From: Podospora anserina
Lineage: Eukaryota
NCBI GenBank assembly: GCA_017654855.1
Contig: CM030332.1
Coordinates: 4,650,001-4,714,000 of the forward strand
Direction of reading: 5' to 3'
Length of the DNA: 64,000 nucleotides
Positions 50,135-62,814 of this stretch are shown here, piece after piece. The translations under genes were made by a program, and so were the position numbers. The notes under the pieces are model-generated. The model saw nothing but the letters and a program-made list of their open reading frames with translations. It had not been told where the DNA came from and ran no database searches. The number at the start of each line of letters is the position of its first letter. Positions within the stretch are counted from its first letter, which is position 1.

Positions 50135-51621
50135 TTACTCCTCCTGAGCCCATCTCCTTTCTCTGAGGGGCGCTTCTTTTCCGTCTTTTGGTCTTGTGCC
50201 TGTCACCTCGTCCTTCCAGGCATAGTACTCTCCGAGCCTGATCTCGGCGTACGAGGCATAATCAAAGTCAATGGTGGAAATCTCGGCCTGGATAAGAGCC
50301 CAGATGCCCCAGTAAAACCCTGGGACGCCGCGGAAGTGGTCAACCTCTGTGAGTAGCTGTTCCACCTCGGCCTTCTGGTCAACACCAGCAGCAGCACCGG
50401 GCTTCTTCTCTTCCCGGTAAGCAAAGTAGGCGCGGATGTATTCGTCAATGAACTGGCGTCTCTGAGCCCGAGTGGGAAGAACACTGAAGTCGCAGTCGAA
50501 GCCGCCCCACTCAGCAAAGTGGTTGGCGATGTCAAAGGCTGCGGGGGACGGGGTAGCATATTCGTAATCGATGAAGGTGACATTTTCGGTAGCCTTGTCA
50601 CCGTTTGTTACACCCTGTGAGGTTTTGGGGAGAACGATGACGTTGCCGCTGAGCAAGTCGCAGTGCGCAAAGACCAACTGCAAAGGATCACAGGTTAGCA
50701 ACCGTATCAAGATGGTATCTCAGGTCAACCTACCCCGTTCACACCCAGGCCGGGCCGCTGGCTCAGCTGCGAGACCAGCCATGTAAGCTCCTTTTGCAAC
50801 TCGGCTTGACGAGCTCTTTGCGCCTCCGTATCTGTAGGCAGAGCAAAGATCCATTTCTGCATCACAGTCCACACATTCGGGGGCGGCTTTCCTGGGGCAA
50901 CATTGTCGATAACATTCTGAAACTCGGCATCCCCGAGGTTGCTGTCCAGCGTCACAGGCCCATCTGCTCTCGAGTTCTTGCGGCTGTGTCCCGTGGGAGC
51001 CTTGATACAGGGAACCACAGCATGCCACTGAGCCAGACGTTGCGCTACAGCCTTGTAAATGACGGGCTTGCGCAGGTCTTCGGGCTGAGTGGGCGATCCC
51101 TGGATGAAGCGGTACATCATCCCGTTCTCGAAGCGCGCAAGCAGCTCTGGGGCCAGTCCATGTCTCATCAGCAGCTCATGGTTCTGCGTCTCACGGAACC
51201 GGTCGATAATAACATCGGTGCCGTTACCGTAGGCACGTAGCAGAATAGCCTCGCCGTCCACCTCTTCCTTGGAGAGCCCTGGGCGCTTGTTGATCGCCTT
51301 CAGCAGGGTATTGGTGATGCCATCTGTGAAGCGCACAAACTCGACCTTGTTGGACGCAGTATCGGCCCAGTCTGGGCGGATCGTGAGGACGAGTTCAAGG
51401 GCTGATTCTTCGGAGTTGGCACCGTCGTAGGAAAGCGGAATTCGGCGGATGTGATGGTCGCCAGCCCCGTTCGACTGGTTACCGCCGCCGTTGAGGAGAA
51501 CACCGTTCTCACCGCCCACAGCCATTAGTTCAATCTTCTTCGAATCTGTATGTTGCGCGGGAGCTTGTGAGATGTTGAAAGAGGGAGACGGTCGGTTTTC
51601 AGGGGCAATCGAATTCGTCAT
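50135..51621 (-). CDS. EKI1: Ethanolamine/choline kinase; intron 50733-50678
   Basis: FTDGITNTL, LLRAYGNGT, LARFENG, Brenner motif VFAHCDLLSGN, FIDYEYA..AFDIANHFAEWGG. Confidence 0.9.
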
Positions 51622-52673
51622 TTAAAGGGAGCGCGGGGTCGCGGGGCGTGGAAATGGTCAGGACAATTGCAATTATTAAATCGTCCTGTCTGTGAGTGTG
51701 GGGGCACGCCAACAACTCAACAAAATCGAGGGAGGTAGGCGAATACAGAGATCGGCTTCGACTAGCAGACAAAACTCTCGAGGAGCAGCAGGGAAAGGAG
51801 AGTCGAAGAAGAGGCGAGACCTAGAGGGAGGGTACACCCGATGGGACGGTGGGGCAGCCCTGGAGGGATTGTTACTTTCAGAGTGTGCGGTGTGGAACAA
51901 CAACCTGGGATGGCGATTTATTTACTTGTTGTGGCCCAGAAACAGCGGTGATCAAGCGAAGGGTTCAGGAAGAGCGAGTGGCTTTGCAGGAGATGTCGGT
52001 GAGGGCCTCGCTGCCCAGTTTAACAATCTAGGATGTTTTGTTGTTTCTACAGTTTCAGGGAAAAAAGATGATGTTTGGGATTGGGTTTCCTCTCACACGA
52101 TGCCCTTCTGTTTTAGGATGGCCCTTTTGCAGCGGGATCCATCGCCACACGCTCGCCCCTTCCTTTACTGTCACGGGCGTACCGGGAGATCCCCTCTTTC
52201 CTTTTGGCGCATCCATGGCAGTCCTCTTGGCAGTGTTTGTCTTTGAATTCCATGTGAAGTGGCCCGAGCGTTGCGGGGTGACGCCACAGGGTTCCTTTCT
52301 TTCGGCATTTGGTTGCCGCCCTGCCACAAGTGCCTGAGCCCCTGTGGTGCGTGCCCCGGAGGACGCCGTTTTATGTCCAAACGTCCATCCGATTGCACCG
52401 GCCCTCCGCATCCGTCCTGCCAACCGCTGCTCCGCTCGCCGATTGGGGTCCGCTGAAGTGCTGCGCCCCGGTCCCATCCCGTCCCTTGGACACATTCGCA
52501 CCAGGGCGACCTTGCTGTGCCAAGTAAGTCCTAACGTGAATTACCAGCTGCGACTCATAGGCAGTTGTGAACCCAGGTCACCACACCAGCCTTGCATTGC
52601 CAACTTCTTCGAAATCTCACCTCTTGCATGCTTGTTCTGGAATAATTGCTTTCACCCCCATACCGTGGCCATC

Positions 52674-55399
52674 ATGGCTGCCCCTGTTCTCCCTAGCCAG
52701 GACAACTTTATGGGAGTTGCACTGGTCATCAACCGCTCCAGAGACGGCCCTCGACTAGTTTTCCACTATCCAAGACGAAAAGTTCTCCCAGCGGGGGTAC
52801 CAGAAGTTGTCGAGGGAGAAGAAGATTTGGACGACGACGATGACAGATATGGTTGGCCAGAGGCAGGCGCCTCCTCTGTGATGCATGGCGCCGAAATGGC
52901 ACCGTGGAATTATGATGACCACATCTTCACTGAGAGCGGTACACAACTAGTACCCTGGGAATATGTGGCCGGCTACCCTACCAAAGACCTTGAGAACCTA
53001 TTGACACCAAACAGGGCATACCACAAGAGGCTCTTTCGGGTATCTCTGGACAATATTTACTGTGTCTCATACCCCATCTATGTGCCTGAAAACGGCATGT
53101 GGCAGAAGAAGAAGAGGAAAAAGAAGCAGGAGCAGGAGCAACACCAAGCCGAGTCTGGACCGGGTGCCAAAGAGGACGACGCACTACCCACCGAGACCGA
53201 CACAGGCTTCAAGAGTGGTGATAGGGTGGCAAGAGATGGAGAGCCATTGGGTGCCGGAGATGCTGAGGGCAAAGAGAAAGCAGAAAAGGAAAAGAAGGCT
53301 TCTATGACGATGTTCAACTTGGTCTTCTTTCTTAGACCAAAGAAGCATGAGGCCAAGGACTTGGTCGACATCATGTACACCAACATCATCAAGAAGATCA
53401 ACAAAGCATACAAGTATTGCCAGGAACGCAGCGACTTTGTGTGGAAAGAATCCAAAAAGATCCTAACTCTGAAGGATAAAGGTCGCGAGGAGAGTAGGTA
53501 GCCCCGTTTTGAAACGAGATGGCTACGGCTGGCTAATTTCGAGATCCAGGAAGAAAAATGAGCTTGCTGTGGGATGAGATCTTGTCGACTTCATCGCTGG
53601 CAGCGTCTATGCGCGATCTCTACGAAGCCGTATCCCAGAACAGAATTGCTGCTTTACAACTGTGCACAGCCGAGGGGATGGTGACCCATTCGGTCCAGAT
53701 TCCTGTCCCATTCCATGTCTCTGACCTCCCAGACAATGGAGAGGCAAGTCAGCCAGGCTTGTGGTTAAGTACTGCCAATACGCTGATGAGTGACGATGCG
53801 GCGGAAGAACCTGGGTTCTTGGACAAGAACTTTGCTCTATTGCTTCTGGTGGATGAGAAACGTATCATCACTGAGCTACAAGACGACCCGGACGAGACAA
53901 CTTTGGCCATGATTGAGTTTGTGAGGCATTGCAAGCCAACTTTGTCGTTCTACCAAGTTGGCCAGCAATCTAGTAATGTTCTGTCGCCAACACAGGTTCG
54001 CAAGTTCGCCCAGCACTTCATCTTTTGGCGCCGAGCCATCGCCATCCCGCCACTACACGCACGAGACATGTACATCGTGAGCCCGAACTGTGACATGCGC
54101 AAGCTACCCCAAGCAGCCGCCCATTGGGCCCGCCAGTTCCCTCTCGTGCCGGCCCTTCCCAGCTTCCTCGCCGAGCTGAGCGTTGCCCCCCGTCCATATA
54201 AGCTGCACTGCCCGAGTAAGGCTCACCGTCCAACTTACATGGCCATGCTCGCCTGGCTAATTCGCGGCGGCTGGGTAACCCAAATCTGCACCTTTGCCTA
54301 CGTCGTTGTCTGGCCCGAGATCATCTACGAAGTCGAACACGCCCTCGAAGCCGAGCAGATTGCCAAGGAAAAGAAAGCCCAAGCCATGGGCCGTGACGCA
54401 AACAGCATAGAAAGCGACGACGCAGCCACCATCATCTCTCCCACAGCAGCAGCCCTGAGCGACCCCTCCCTCTCCGGCTTCCTCCCCCTGCTCAACGACG
54501 ACAATACCCCCTCAAGTCCCTCGCCCAACAACCCCATCGCCCACTCAGTAACCTTCACCGACCTCCCCCTCCCCCTATCCCACTCCCAATCCCTAACCAA
54601 CGTCCAAAAAGCCGCCTGGTCCACCACCTCCCCCTCCCCCACCTCCCCTAGGAACCATCACCACCGCCACGCCCTCGTGGGCAGTCATCATCAACTCGGC
54701 CACCAATCCCCCGTAACAACCTCCACCTCCAACCTCGACCTAAAATCCCTCTCCCTCCGCTCCCAAGCCTCCCCCTCCTCCCCCTCCCTCTCCTCCAGCC
54801 AAAACTCTGGCGGCGGCGGGGGAACCACCACACGAGCAGAAGAAATCGCCGAAAAAGCCCGCCTCTCCCGCATCGCCTCGCGAGCAGCCCACGATCTAGC
54901 AGAGAGATCCATGCTCCACGCCCGCAAACCCGTTCCCATGGCCACCTCCCACCCAAGCGTCAACCACGCCCGTCATCTGGAGGCCATGACCCCTTACATC
55001 ATCCTCGATGCGAAGAAAGCTACCGGAAAGGAAAGTTTATACCTCAGCGCGATAGGGAAACGGTTCAAGGAGCGGGCGGCAGAGGCGAAAGCTGCCAGGA
55101 GGGCGAGGGATGGTCAGCAGCAGCAGAAGACCGGGAGTGATACTAAGAGTATGGCTAGTTCTGGTGGTGGGAGGAGTAGTAATATAGGAGGTAAACCTCA
55201 CATTGGTGGTGGTGTTGGTCAACAGCAGCAGCAAGAGTGGGAGGAGAGGGTGGCCGATGCCTGGCCCATGTTCCTCAAGTACTTCAACGGGAGGTCGGCG
55301 CTCGAGAGAATCGCTCTGCAGGAGGAGATGAAGAGGAAGGATGTCTGGAATTTGTTGACGGCTATGAGCGAGTACTTGCTTACTGTTCGTCACTGGTGA
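52674..55399 (+). CDS. NPR3: Nitrogen permease regulator 3 (SEACIT/GATOR1 subunit); intron 53494-53549
   Basis: GVALVINRSRDGPRLVFHYP, MTMFNLVFFL, YKYCQERSDFVWKES, HFIFWRRAIAIPPLHARDMYIVSP, C-terminal KYFNG..LLTVRHW. Confidence 0.9.
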
Positions 55400-56288
55400 T
55401 TAGCTCTTCGGGGTCTGATTCAAAGCTAACAAACCAAAACACCCTCCCACCATGATTAACCAACTGTGCGGATGCGCGTGGATACACCATCCTCGGGGCT
55501 CTCTTGTAGATAGATATACGTGTCAAAACCACGAATCACAAAACCACACAACAGTAAACAGTGAAGGCATGACGGTGAACTTGTCCTAATATTGTAACAA
55601 CTACTCTCGCTGATAACTCCAGAACGAGGCTGGTCAACAACCCTCCCTCCTTCGTTGCCCATGCGAGCGAGCCAGCCATGGAGAGAAAAAGATGAAAAGC
55701 AAACGCTGAATGCCATGCTGGGGATCGTCATCTCTCTAAACCAAAAGCATCCATCCTCGAAATGAGTCTGAATTAGATAAGGAAAGCCCGACCCCCATAA
55801 GTAGATAATTCCAAAAGAAATGACCCAGTCCGATCCCGCCCAGATAAAACAAATCTCAAGGTATCATGATAAATAGTGTATGCGAAAGGGAAACCCGCAA
55901 GCAAAGAACCGCTCCAGGAAAGAGAGAGGTAATTTAACGCCTGAAAACCCAAACAACACCAGATATTTCCTTGGATACACAAATATGTTCCCTGCCCCGC
56001 GGCCAAATAAAACCTCTGCTTCCCGGTATACCAAGCCCAAGCTGAAACCCCCTCGAGTTGCGCCGAAACGACCGTGAAATATGCCTTGAGCTGTCAAACG
56101 CAGCAGAAAATGCAAGATGCAGATGCAAACTCTGAAAGGGAATCCGTATAAAGCAAACCCCGCCAAGCCTCCTTCCTGGTTCCTCCCTCCCATCCCTCCC
56201 AAAGAAAACATATGCAGTGAACAAAACCTTCGACAAGCCAGTGGAGATAGTCTGGAGTAAGAAATCATGAAATGGTTCGGTGTCGCCA

Positions 56289-57818
56289 TCACGACATATC
56301 CATCCTGCCGTATTCGGCCTCCGATTTGAAAGCCCCATTGTCATTATCATCCTCGTCGTAGTCCAGGAAATCGTCGGCGTCCAGCATGTCATGACCGCCC
56401 ATGCCATTACTGGGGCTCACCGACATGTAGCCACCCGAAGTTCCATTATTCCCAGAACTCAGCTTCTTGCCGGCGTAATCGGTGAAATCCGGCACACGAA
56501 GATTAGAGCCGTCAGTACGCGAGTAGGTGAACTTGATGCCAAGATCTTTGGACATCATATCCAAGACTTCTGACTGCATACGCTGTTCATCCTCGGTGAT
56601 TTCAAAAGGTAGCTTTATGCCCGCAGCCATGAGAGAGTTTGAGAGCTCTTCTACCTGGTGAATCTTGAGCTCGACCAGCCACATGAGATCCCGCATCCAG
56701 GCAACGGAGCCGTTGAGAATATCGCCCTTGTTGGGACCCTTGTCTTTCTCTTCCATCGGCAAGCCAGTCGTGATGGATCCAGCGGTACCGCGGACCGCAG
56801 CACGAGCACCAGGACCGGCCAACGATGACGTGGCTTGGCCGGGAGTGCCACTATCAGGGGACATGGGAGTACCGCCGTTTTGAAGAGCTTTACGGACCTT
56901 TTCGTCCTCAAGCCTATGCGTTGGGACGAGTTTGCTGAGATCCTGGATTCTCTCATTGATGTTGTCTCGTCGGCGACGCTCGACCATGTTGTGGGACTCT
57001 CTCCTCTTCTTCTTCTTTTGCTCGGCTGTGGACGCTGCTGGCGACCCAAGTTTGGCTGGCATGGAAGCGCCTCCCTTGAGGAGCTCACTCATCTGAGTGT
57101 GCATGCCCGCTGTGATGGGGGATGAGAAGCCCGACGCGGATCCGGGAAATGAGGATAAACTATTAGGAGTCCCCATCCACTGTCCGGAATGAGACTTCTC
57201 GTGACCCACACGACCAGTTGGTCTGATAGGTTGGGCAAAGGTCGAGTCTGAACCGATCGAGAGACCCATGGTGGCTCCTGTGGGCGCTCTCGGAGCCGAT
57301 GGCTTGCGTCCCATGACTTGGGGCATGGGAGGGCGTACTGGTTTGAAAGGGAGGTCGGTCGGCTCGTTCAATTCTGGGGTGTAAGCGAGCGGCGATTGCA
57401 TCGAGACATACGATTGTGGGTGCTGCATCGGGCGGTACTGGTTGTACGGTTGGTGCACGTAGGGGCTCTGAATAGGATCACCGTCGGGGGTGCTCGAGTA
57501 ATTGTCGATGGATAACCCGTGATGAGACGAGCCGTAAGCGCCGTGGGAGAAAGCCATTCCACCCATGTTGTCCATGCCGAAGTCTTGCCCTTGGCCATGC
57601 AACCCGCCCTGATGATCTGTCGGGTTAGGGCTTGTGAGACTGTCGAGTAGCTCGTCATCGCCGAGGAATCCGTTCGACACATTGTTCGTGTTTGTATGGC
57701 CGCCAGAAAAGTTATTGTTCTGGAAGGATGAACCAAAGTTTCCGGCCATGGAAAGGTCGTTTGGGTCGATTCCGCCATTCCCTCCATGGCCATTCATCGG
57801 AAAACTATGGTGTGACAT
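56289..57818 (-). CDS. bHLH(-ZIP) transcription factor, Rtg3/MiT-TFE-like
   Basis: KKKKRRESHNMVERRRRDNINERIQDLSKLVP..PNKGDILNGSVAWMRDL; acidic DDELLDSL activation-like motif. Confidence 0.85.
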   Translation of the reverse strand: MSHHSFPMNGHGGNGGIDPNDLSMAGNFGSSFQNNNFSGGHTNTNNVSNGFLGDDELLDSLTSPNPTDHQGGLHGQGQDFGMDNMGGMAFSHGAYGSSHHGLSIDNYSSTPDGDPIQSPYVHQPYNQYRPMQHPQSYVSMQSPLAYTPELNEPTDLPFKPVRPPMPQVMGRKPSAPRAPTGATMGLSIGSDSTFAQPIRPTGRVGHEKSHSGQWMGTPNSLSSFPGSASGFSSPITAGMHTQMSELLKGGASMPAKLGSPAASTAEQKKKKRRESHNMVERRRRDNINERIQDLSKLVPTHRLEDEKVRKALQNGGTPMSPDSGTPGQATSSLAGPGARAAVRGTAGSITTGLPMEEKDKGPNKGDILNGSVAWMRDLMWLVELKIHQVEELSNSLMAAGIKLPFEITEDEQRMQSEVLDMMSKDLGIKFTYSRTDGSNLRVPDFTDYAGKKLSSGNNGTSGGYMSVSPSNGMGGHDMLDADDFLDYDEDDNDNGAFKSEAEYGRMDMS

Positions 57819-60800
57819 CTTGTCAAAGATGGCGGTTGTGCGTAGAGTGATGCCTCCAAATTGACAGGAAGCGAAATAGAGAAAGAAAAATCCAGCGAGT
57901 GGGCTGACGACGTTTCGGTAAAGCGGACTATCACAGCCTCAAAGTCAGTCGTCGCTGTGGTACTATACACAGGGCAGGTACATAAGGTAAAAGAGGAAAG
58001 ATGATTAGACTTTTTGGCAGACTGGCGAGGCTAGGAAATGCGCGGCCTACCACCTAGCCTACGAAGCGGAAAATCCTATTAGATGTGTTCTTTTACATAC
58101 CTTTAACGTGATTTGTCGAAGGTCAACTTCGCATCGGGTGGCGTGGCGTGGTGAGGTAAGAGAGGCCAACGAGCGGTTGAAGGGATGAAGATGACTCGAC
58201 GGTCGGAAAGCCGAGACTCTGTACAAAGACGAGAGCGGTCGGGTCGTTTACGCCAAGTTCCGGGCAGGAGCTCCGAGTCTTTTTGTTTTTTTGGTGGCTT
58301 TCGCGACAGCGAGGTGCAGAGAGCAAAGTCGGGATCGTGCGATGAAAGTAGCTGCGACGGGAGAGGCCGCTTGATGGGGGTGGATTGTCGTGACCTTAAG
58401 TGCCCTGACGAGAGTGGGTGAGAGGAGTGTGGGTGGAAGTGGACTCGTGGGGTGGGTAAAAAGGTCTGGGGTTCGGAGGTGGAGGCCTAACCCTTTGTGG
58501 AAATGGTCGCTAATAAGTGACAGCGACAGGGCAAAAGGGCGGACAATGCCGAAGTGATAAAGGGGGCAGCGCAAGCCAACAAAAAAAATTGGTCGACTCG
58601 AGACAGCGAGGCTGCTTTTCCTTTGGGAGGCGGGAGGAAGATGGACGAGTCGCAGCAAAAAGACCCGGGTACGATCTTTGTGATGGGCGGCACAAGTGGA
58701 TGTGAGCGTCTGTGATGATTCTGGTTGTTTGTTGGAGAAAGGTGGTAGCAACGACGGGAGCGGGGGAGGAAGTCGGAGTTTAAGTTGTGCGCGGCGAACA
58801 GCTGGAAAAGGCGGGGTTTAAAGTTGGGGGAAGTGGGGCTCTTCAGCGCTGGGACGAGAAGGTCGAGGTTCCAGGGTTCTGGCGATCAGTTTACCGCTCT
58901 TCTGGCGCTGGTTGCTCCCCCGTCGGATTGGTTCCCGACGTGCTGCCAGTGGCGGGAATGAGGAATGAATGAAGATCTAGGTAGTAGGTAGCTGAGGACT
59001 GGTAGGTGGCAGTGGTCAGAGCCAACAAGATCTGGTTCGGGAATGAGGCCGTGGATTGGTGCGTAGCACTAAATCACTGTTGCTAGTATGACCAAGAAGG
59101 CAGGAAGGGACTCAAAGGGAGGCGGTTGGAGGAGGCAGGTTCCAGTTTATTAACGCGGATCCAGCGGCTGAGGCTGAGTATTTCCCAGTTGGCAACCTGA
59201 GTAAATGCTTTCTCTGGCCACTTCGGATGAGGGCTCTCAGCAACCACCCGGACAGTATGGGGGTCTTGTTGGGTGCTGCTGACACTTCCGGATGCTCCCA
59301 GACTCTCCCTGTTGTCAGGAGCCGAGGGGAACAACGGCCGAGGCGAGTTGAGTCCGAGAGATGACAATGTGTGTTTGTGCCACAATACCTATCTATCGCT
59401 TCTCGTCTCCGAATGGTCCAGAGTTGATTGGTTGCGTGTCTATGAGCGCTGTGGTGTGTGAGATGTTCCTCAGATGGCGGGGTTTGTCACTCCGCGCCCA
59501 GAAATGGTACGGTAGTCTAGCTTGAGCGTTATTTTTTTTCAAGCAGTAGCAAGTCGTTTGTAAGGAACAGTGCCCCGTTTCGAGAGGTTGGGTTCCAAGA
59601 TATACAGTCCGGCTCTCAGAGAATCCCTCCGGCTTGCCAATGTTTCTAATCTAGGCGCGTTGACCGAAGGGTTGACAGATGTGCCGTCCCTTTGTTCAGT
59701 GGGCTCTGGATAGAAGGGAAGGTGATGGCTTCGGGGGTTCTGTTCTGCAGGGCTAGCCTAGTTGCGTAAGCCGACGTTACGGCTAAGCCGGATACGGAGA
59801 AGTACCGATCCTGGGGTGCGTGCGTCGAGATCTCCAACGTCTCCTCCAAGTCCTGGTCTCCACGTGTGGCAGAAAGAAAGGGATTGTCCTGCCGTTTGGT
59901 TTCGGTTCGGGCACGTGGCTACCGTGGTATCGGACTCTGTTGTATCGGACGTCTTGAAGTGGGTTTCTATCGGGGAAGACAAGACTGAATGAGTTGTTGA
60001 TGTGCTGTTGAGTCTCGCGTGATGCATACTCTTCTTGTGTATATGAGCTGGTCGAGTTGGGCAGGCAGGCGTACACTTGTAGTGACGGCTCTAAACTGGG
60101 CGACGTTACTTCGAGTAGTAGGTAGCCAACGCCAACAACGTTAGCAGCGGGCTCGGGAAGGGCAAGGACGAACTGAAGAGACAAGAAGTCCGGGGTGGTT
60201 GGTTCACTGTGCATAGAGAATCGTTTGGCCTTTCTTATATCCTTACGACAACAACACCCTTTCCGTGGATCGCCAAACACAAGGCGGATCAACTTCCAGG
60301 CACGTCTTCTGACTCGATGGCCGTTCAAGTTGGTGTGCTGGAAATGGAGAGAAACAAGATCAGGGCGGACACAACAGGGCACACTTTCGAGTCCAAGCGG
60401 TATGGGAGGTCTGCTTTTCCAGGACACCTTGCTTCGGCCTACTTCACCGAGCTTGTCCGAATATGACCGGAGCATAGCTAGCTATCAGTGTGACTCCCCC
60501 AAGTGAGACATCGGGCCCACACCAGAGAGCTGGATGCGTAAGGTGTGTCTATGCCGCAATTCCAAACCATGGCGGCTGCTGCACGAAGCACGCAAGTACC
60601 GGCGCCGAGATCAACGACACGAAGTAGCATCTGCCACGCACCCATAAAAAGCACCCATGAGAGAGAGAGAGGATCGACCCGTGTGGTACGAGGGTACTTT
60701 CAAGTAACTCGACAGAGTAATGGGGACATGGAAGATTCTCACATTTCATATTATACACTGTCGGCGTGTTAAAAGGCTGGCCGGTACTCTGAAGCATGTG

Positions 60801-61791
60801 ACAGGCCAAGCAAAAAGGATCGATTCTTCTACCAAGCAAAACGTCTGCCCGTTGAGAGGAAAAACACCTTGTTCCGCTGCCTACCTTACCTGCCACCCCA
60901 GAAACGAGAACCAAGCTTGATGCATTCAGTAGCGATGTTGCCAAATAGATAGGTAGGATTTATCATGTTTCTGCAAACTAGGCTACCTGTAGACGAGCTC
61001 ATGCTTATGCTGCGCCTCCCCATGCAGCGTCATGCTGATGCGATCCGACTTGTCACGACGGATGATGGCGGGTGGGTGGAGGTTGGTGGGATGGAGCTCT
61101 TAGGTTGGGCTGGTGACGGTATAAAAAAAGAATGCAGCCTTTTGACCCCCCCATCTCTCCTCCCTGCAAGCCTTTGCATGCAACCTCTCAAGTGGTCACG
61201 GACCACTTTCAATGTCCAGATCGGCCAACAGAGACTAAGGAATAGTGGACCCACCTTGGCATCAACGACTTCCCATGAACGCTTCACTCCATCTGGGAAT
61301 CAGACCAACCCTACCTATGTCTACCTAATCCCGTACCCACGCGCAACGCCCACGTACACCCCAGACGATTTGTGAATCAGATGCTTCACGGCCAGAGGTT
61401 TAATATTTTATATTTTTGTGGCGCATAACTAACGAACGAGGCGCCCAGTTCGACAACCGGCGACGACGGGCGCAACTCCAGCTTGTCCAACATCCAGATT
61501 CCAGAATCCCATCCCATCCCACCCACACCCACTTGGGCGAGCGGTCCATTATCACGAATCATCTGAGCATCGCTTCAGATCATCGGTTACAACCCGTATG
61601 CACGCCGCATGACTGTCAAATCAAGTCTCGAGACAACCTTGAACTAATCATGCGGCTTCATAGGAACATTATCTCCGTCAGATTGTCCACAGTCCTGCTT
61701 CCATCTGCCGCGCGCCGCGGCTACCACTTGTCGCCCTAGAGGAAGACCTTGACAAATCTTGGAAAGTGGGATCCGCTAACGGCTACGAAAC

Positions 61792-62814
61792 ATGGCTTCG
61801 TCCTCGTTCCGCGATTCTATCAACTCACTTGGATGGGCGCGTCGCGACACCGACCTCCCAGTTCACACTTCTCGACAAACCGGTCTCTTCTCGTCGCTTC
61901 AGTCGTTAAATCCGTTTGGTGACCGGGGTTATGTTCAACTTCCAACAACCGAGGGCCCCGGGGCTCCCTTACCAGCACCCAGTCGTCGCGAGGAGGAGGA
62001 GGGGTGGTTTGCATGTAGGTCGACTCAGGTCTTTCTTTTCCGTATTGGCGGACAACAAATTGGGGCAACCCGTTGGCTGTGTATTTCCAACACCCTCCAT
62101 AACCCCCGTTACCCCTGCGTCGAGGCATACGTGCACCGCCCTTTGTGTGCGCATGTCTTGGCCAGAGGCGCTCAGCGCATGTTTGCGAGCTCGTGTTTTT
62201 TCTGTTCTGTTATCACTTCGCGTGCTGAATAATGTGTGCTGACCTGGAATGGCATAGTGAGCCGATGGGACCGACTCTTGATATTTGCTGCTTGCAATAT
62301 TGCCGCGCTAGTCTGCTTCGTCCTTGTTATTGCTCTCTTTCCGGCCCTGAGTCTTGCAAGACCACGTAAGCTCATGATCTTGTAAGTGGACCTTTTCGGA
62401 TATGTCGGGTTGGTATGCATAGTGGTCATCTTGCTTACAATAATAACAGATGGACACTGGGCTCTATTCTCTTCCTTTCCTCCTTCGCCGCTGTTATGGG
62501 TCCATGGGCATACGTGCAGCACTTGACTTCGACGCCGAGGCTGCCCTTCACTGCTGCCTACTTTGGCTCCTTGGGGTTGACCATTTACTTTTCGATCGGT
62601 GTAAGTCGCCTATTGAGACGCCTGCACAGCCCACCATTACTGACTTGTACATCGGCTGCAGCTCCAAAGTACAATCCTCACGATATTCTCAGGCCTTATT
62701 CAACTTGGTTGCCTAATCTGGTATCTGGTCAGCTACTTTCCCATGGGATCGAGCGGCCTTCGCCTTGTGAGCAGTTTTGGTGCGCGCAGAGCCGCGACTT
62801 GGATGACCGGGTAG
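61792..62814 (+). CDS. SFT2: Golgi/endosome tetraspanning vesicle transport protein Sft2; 3 introns
   Basis: EEEGWFALSRWDRLLIF, RKLMILWTLGSILF..MGPWAYVQHL..RLPFTAAYFGSLGLT, LIWYLVSYFPMG; TAG at 62812-62814. Confidence 0.9.

Noticed and set aside
59783-60475. 230-aa minus-strand ORF
   Set aside because: No motif or family resemblance; cannot be supported without expression data.
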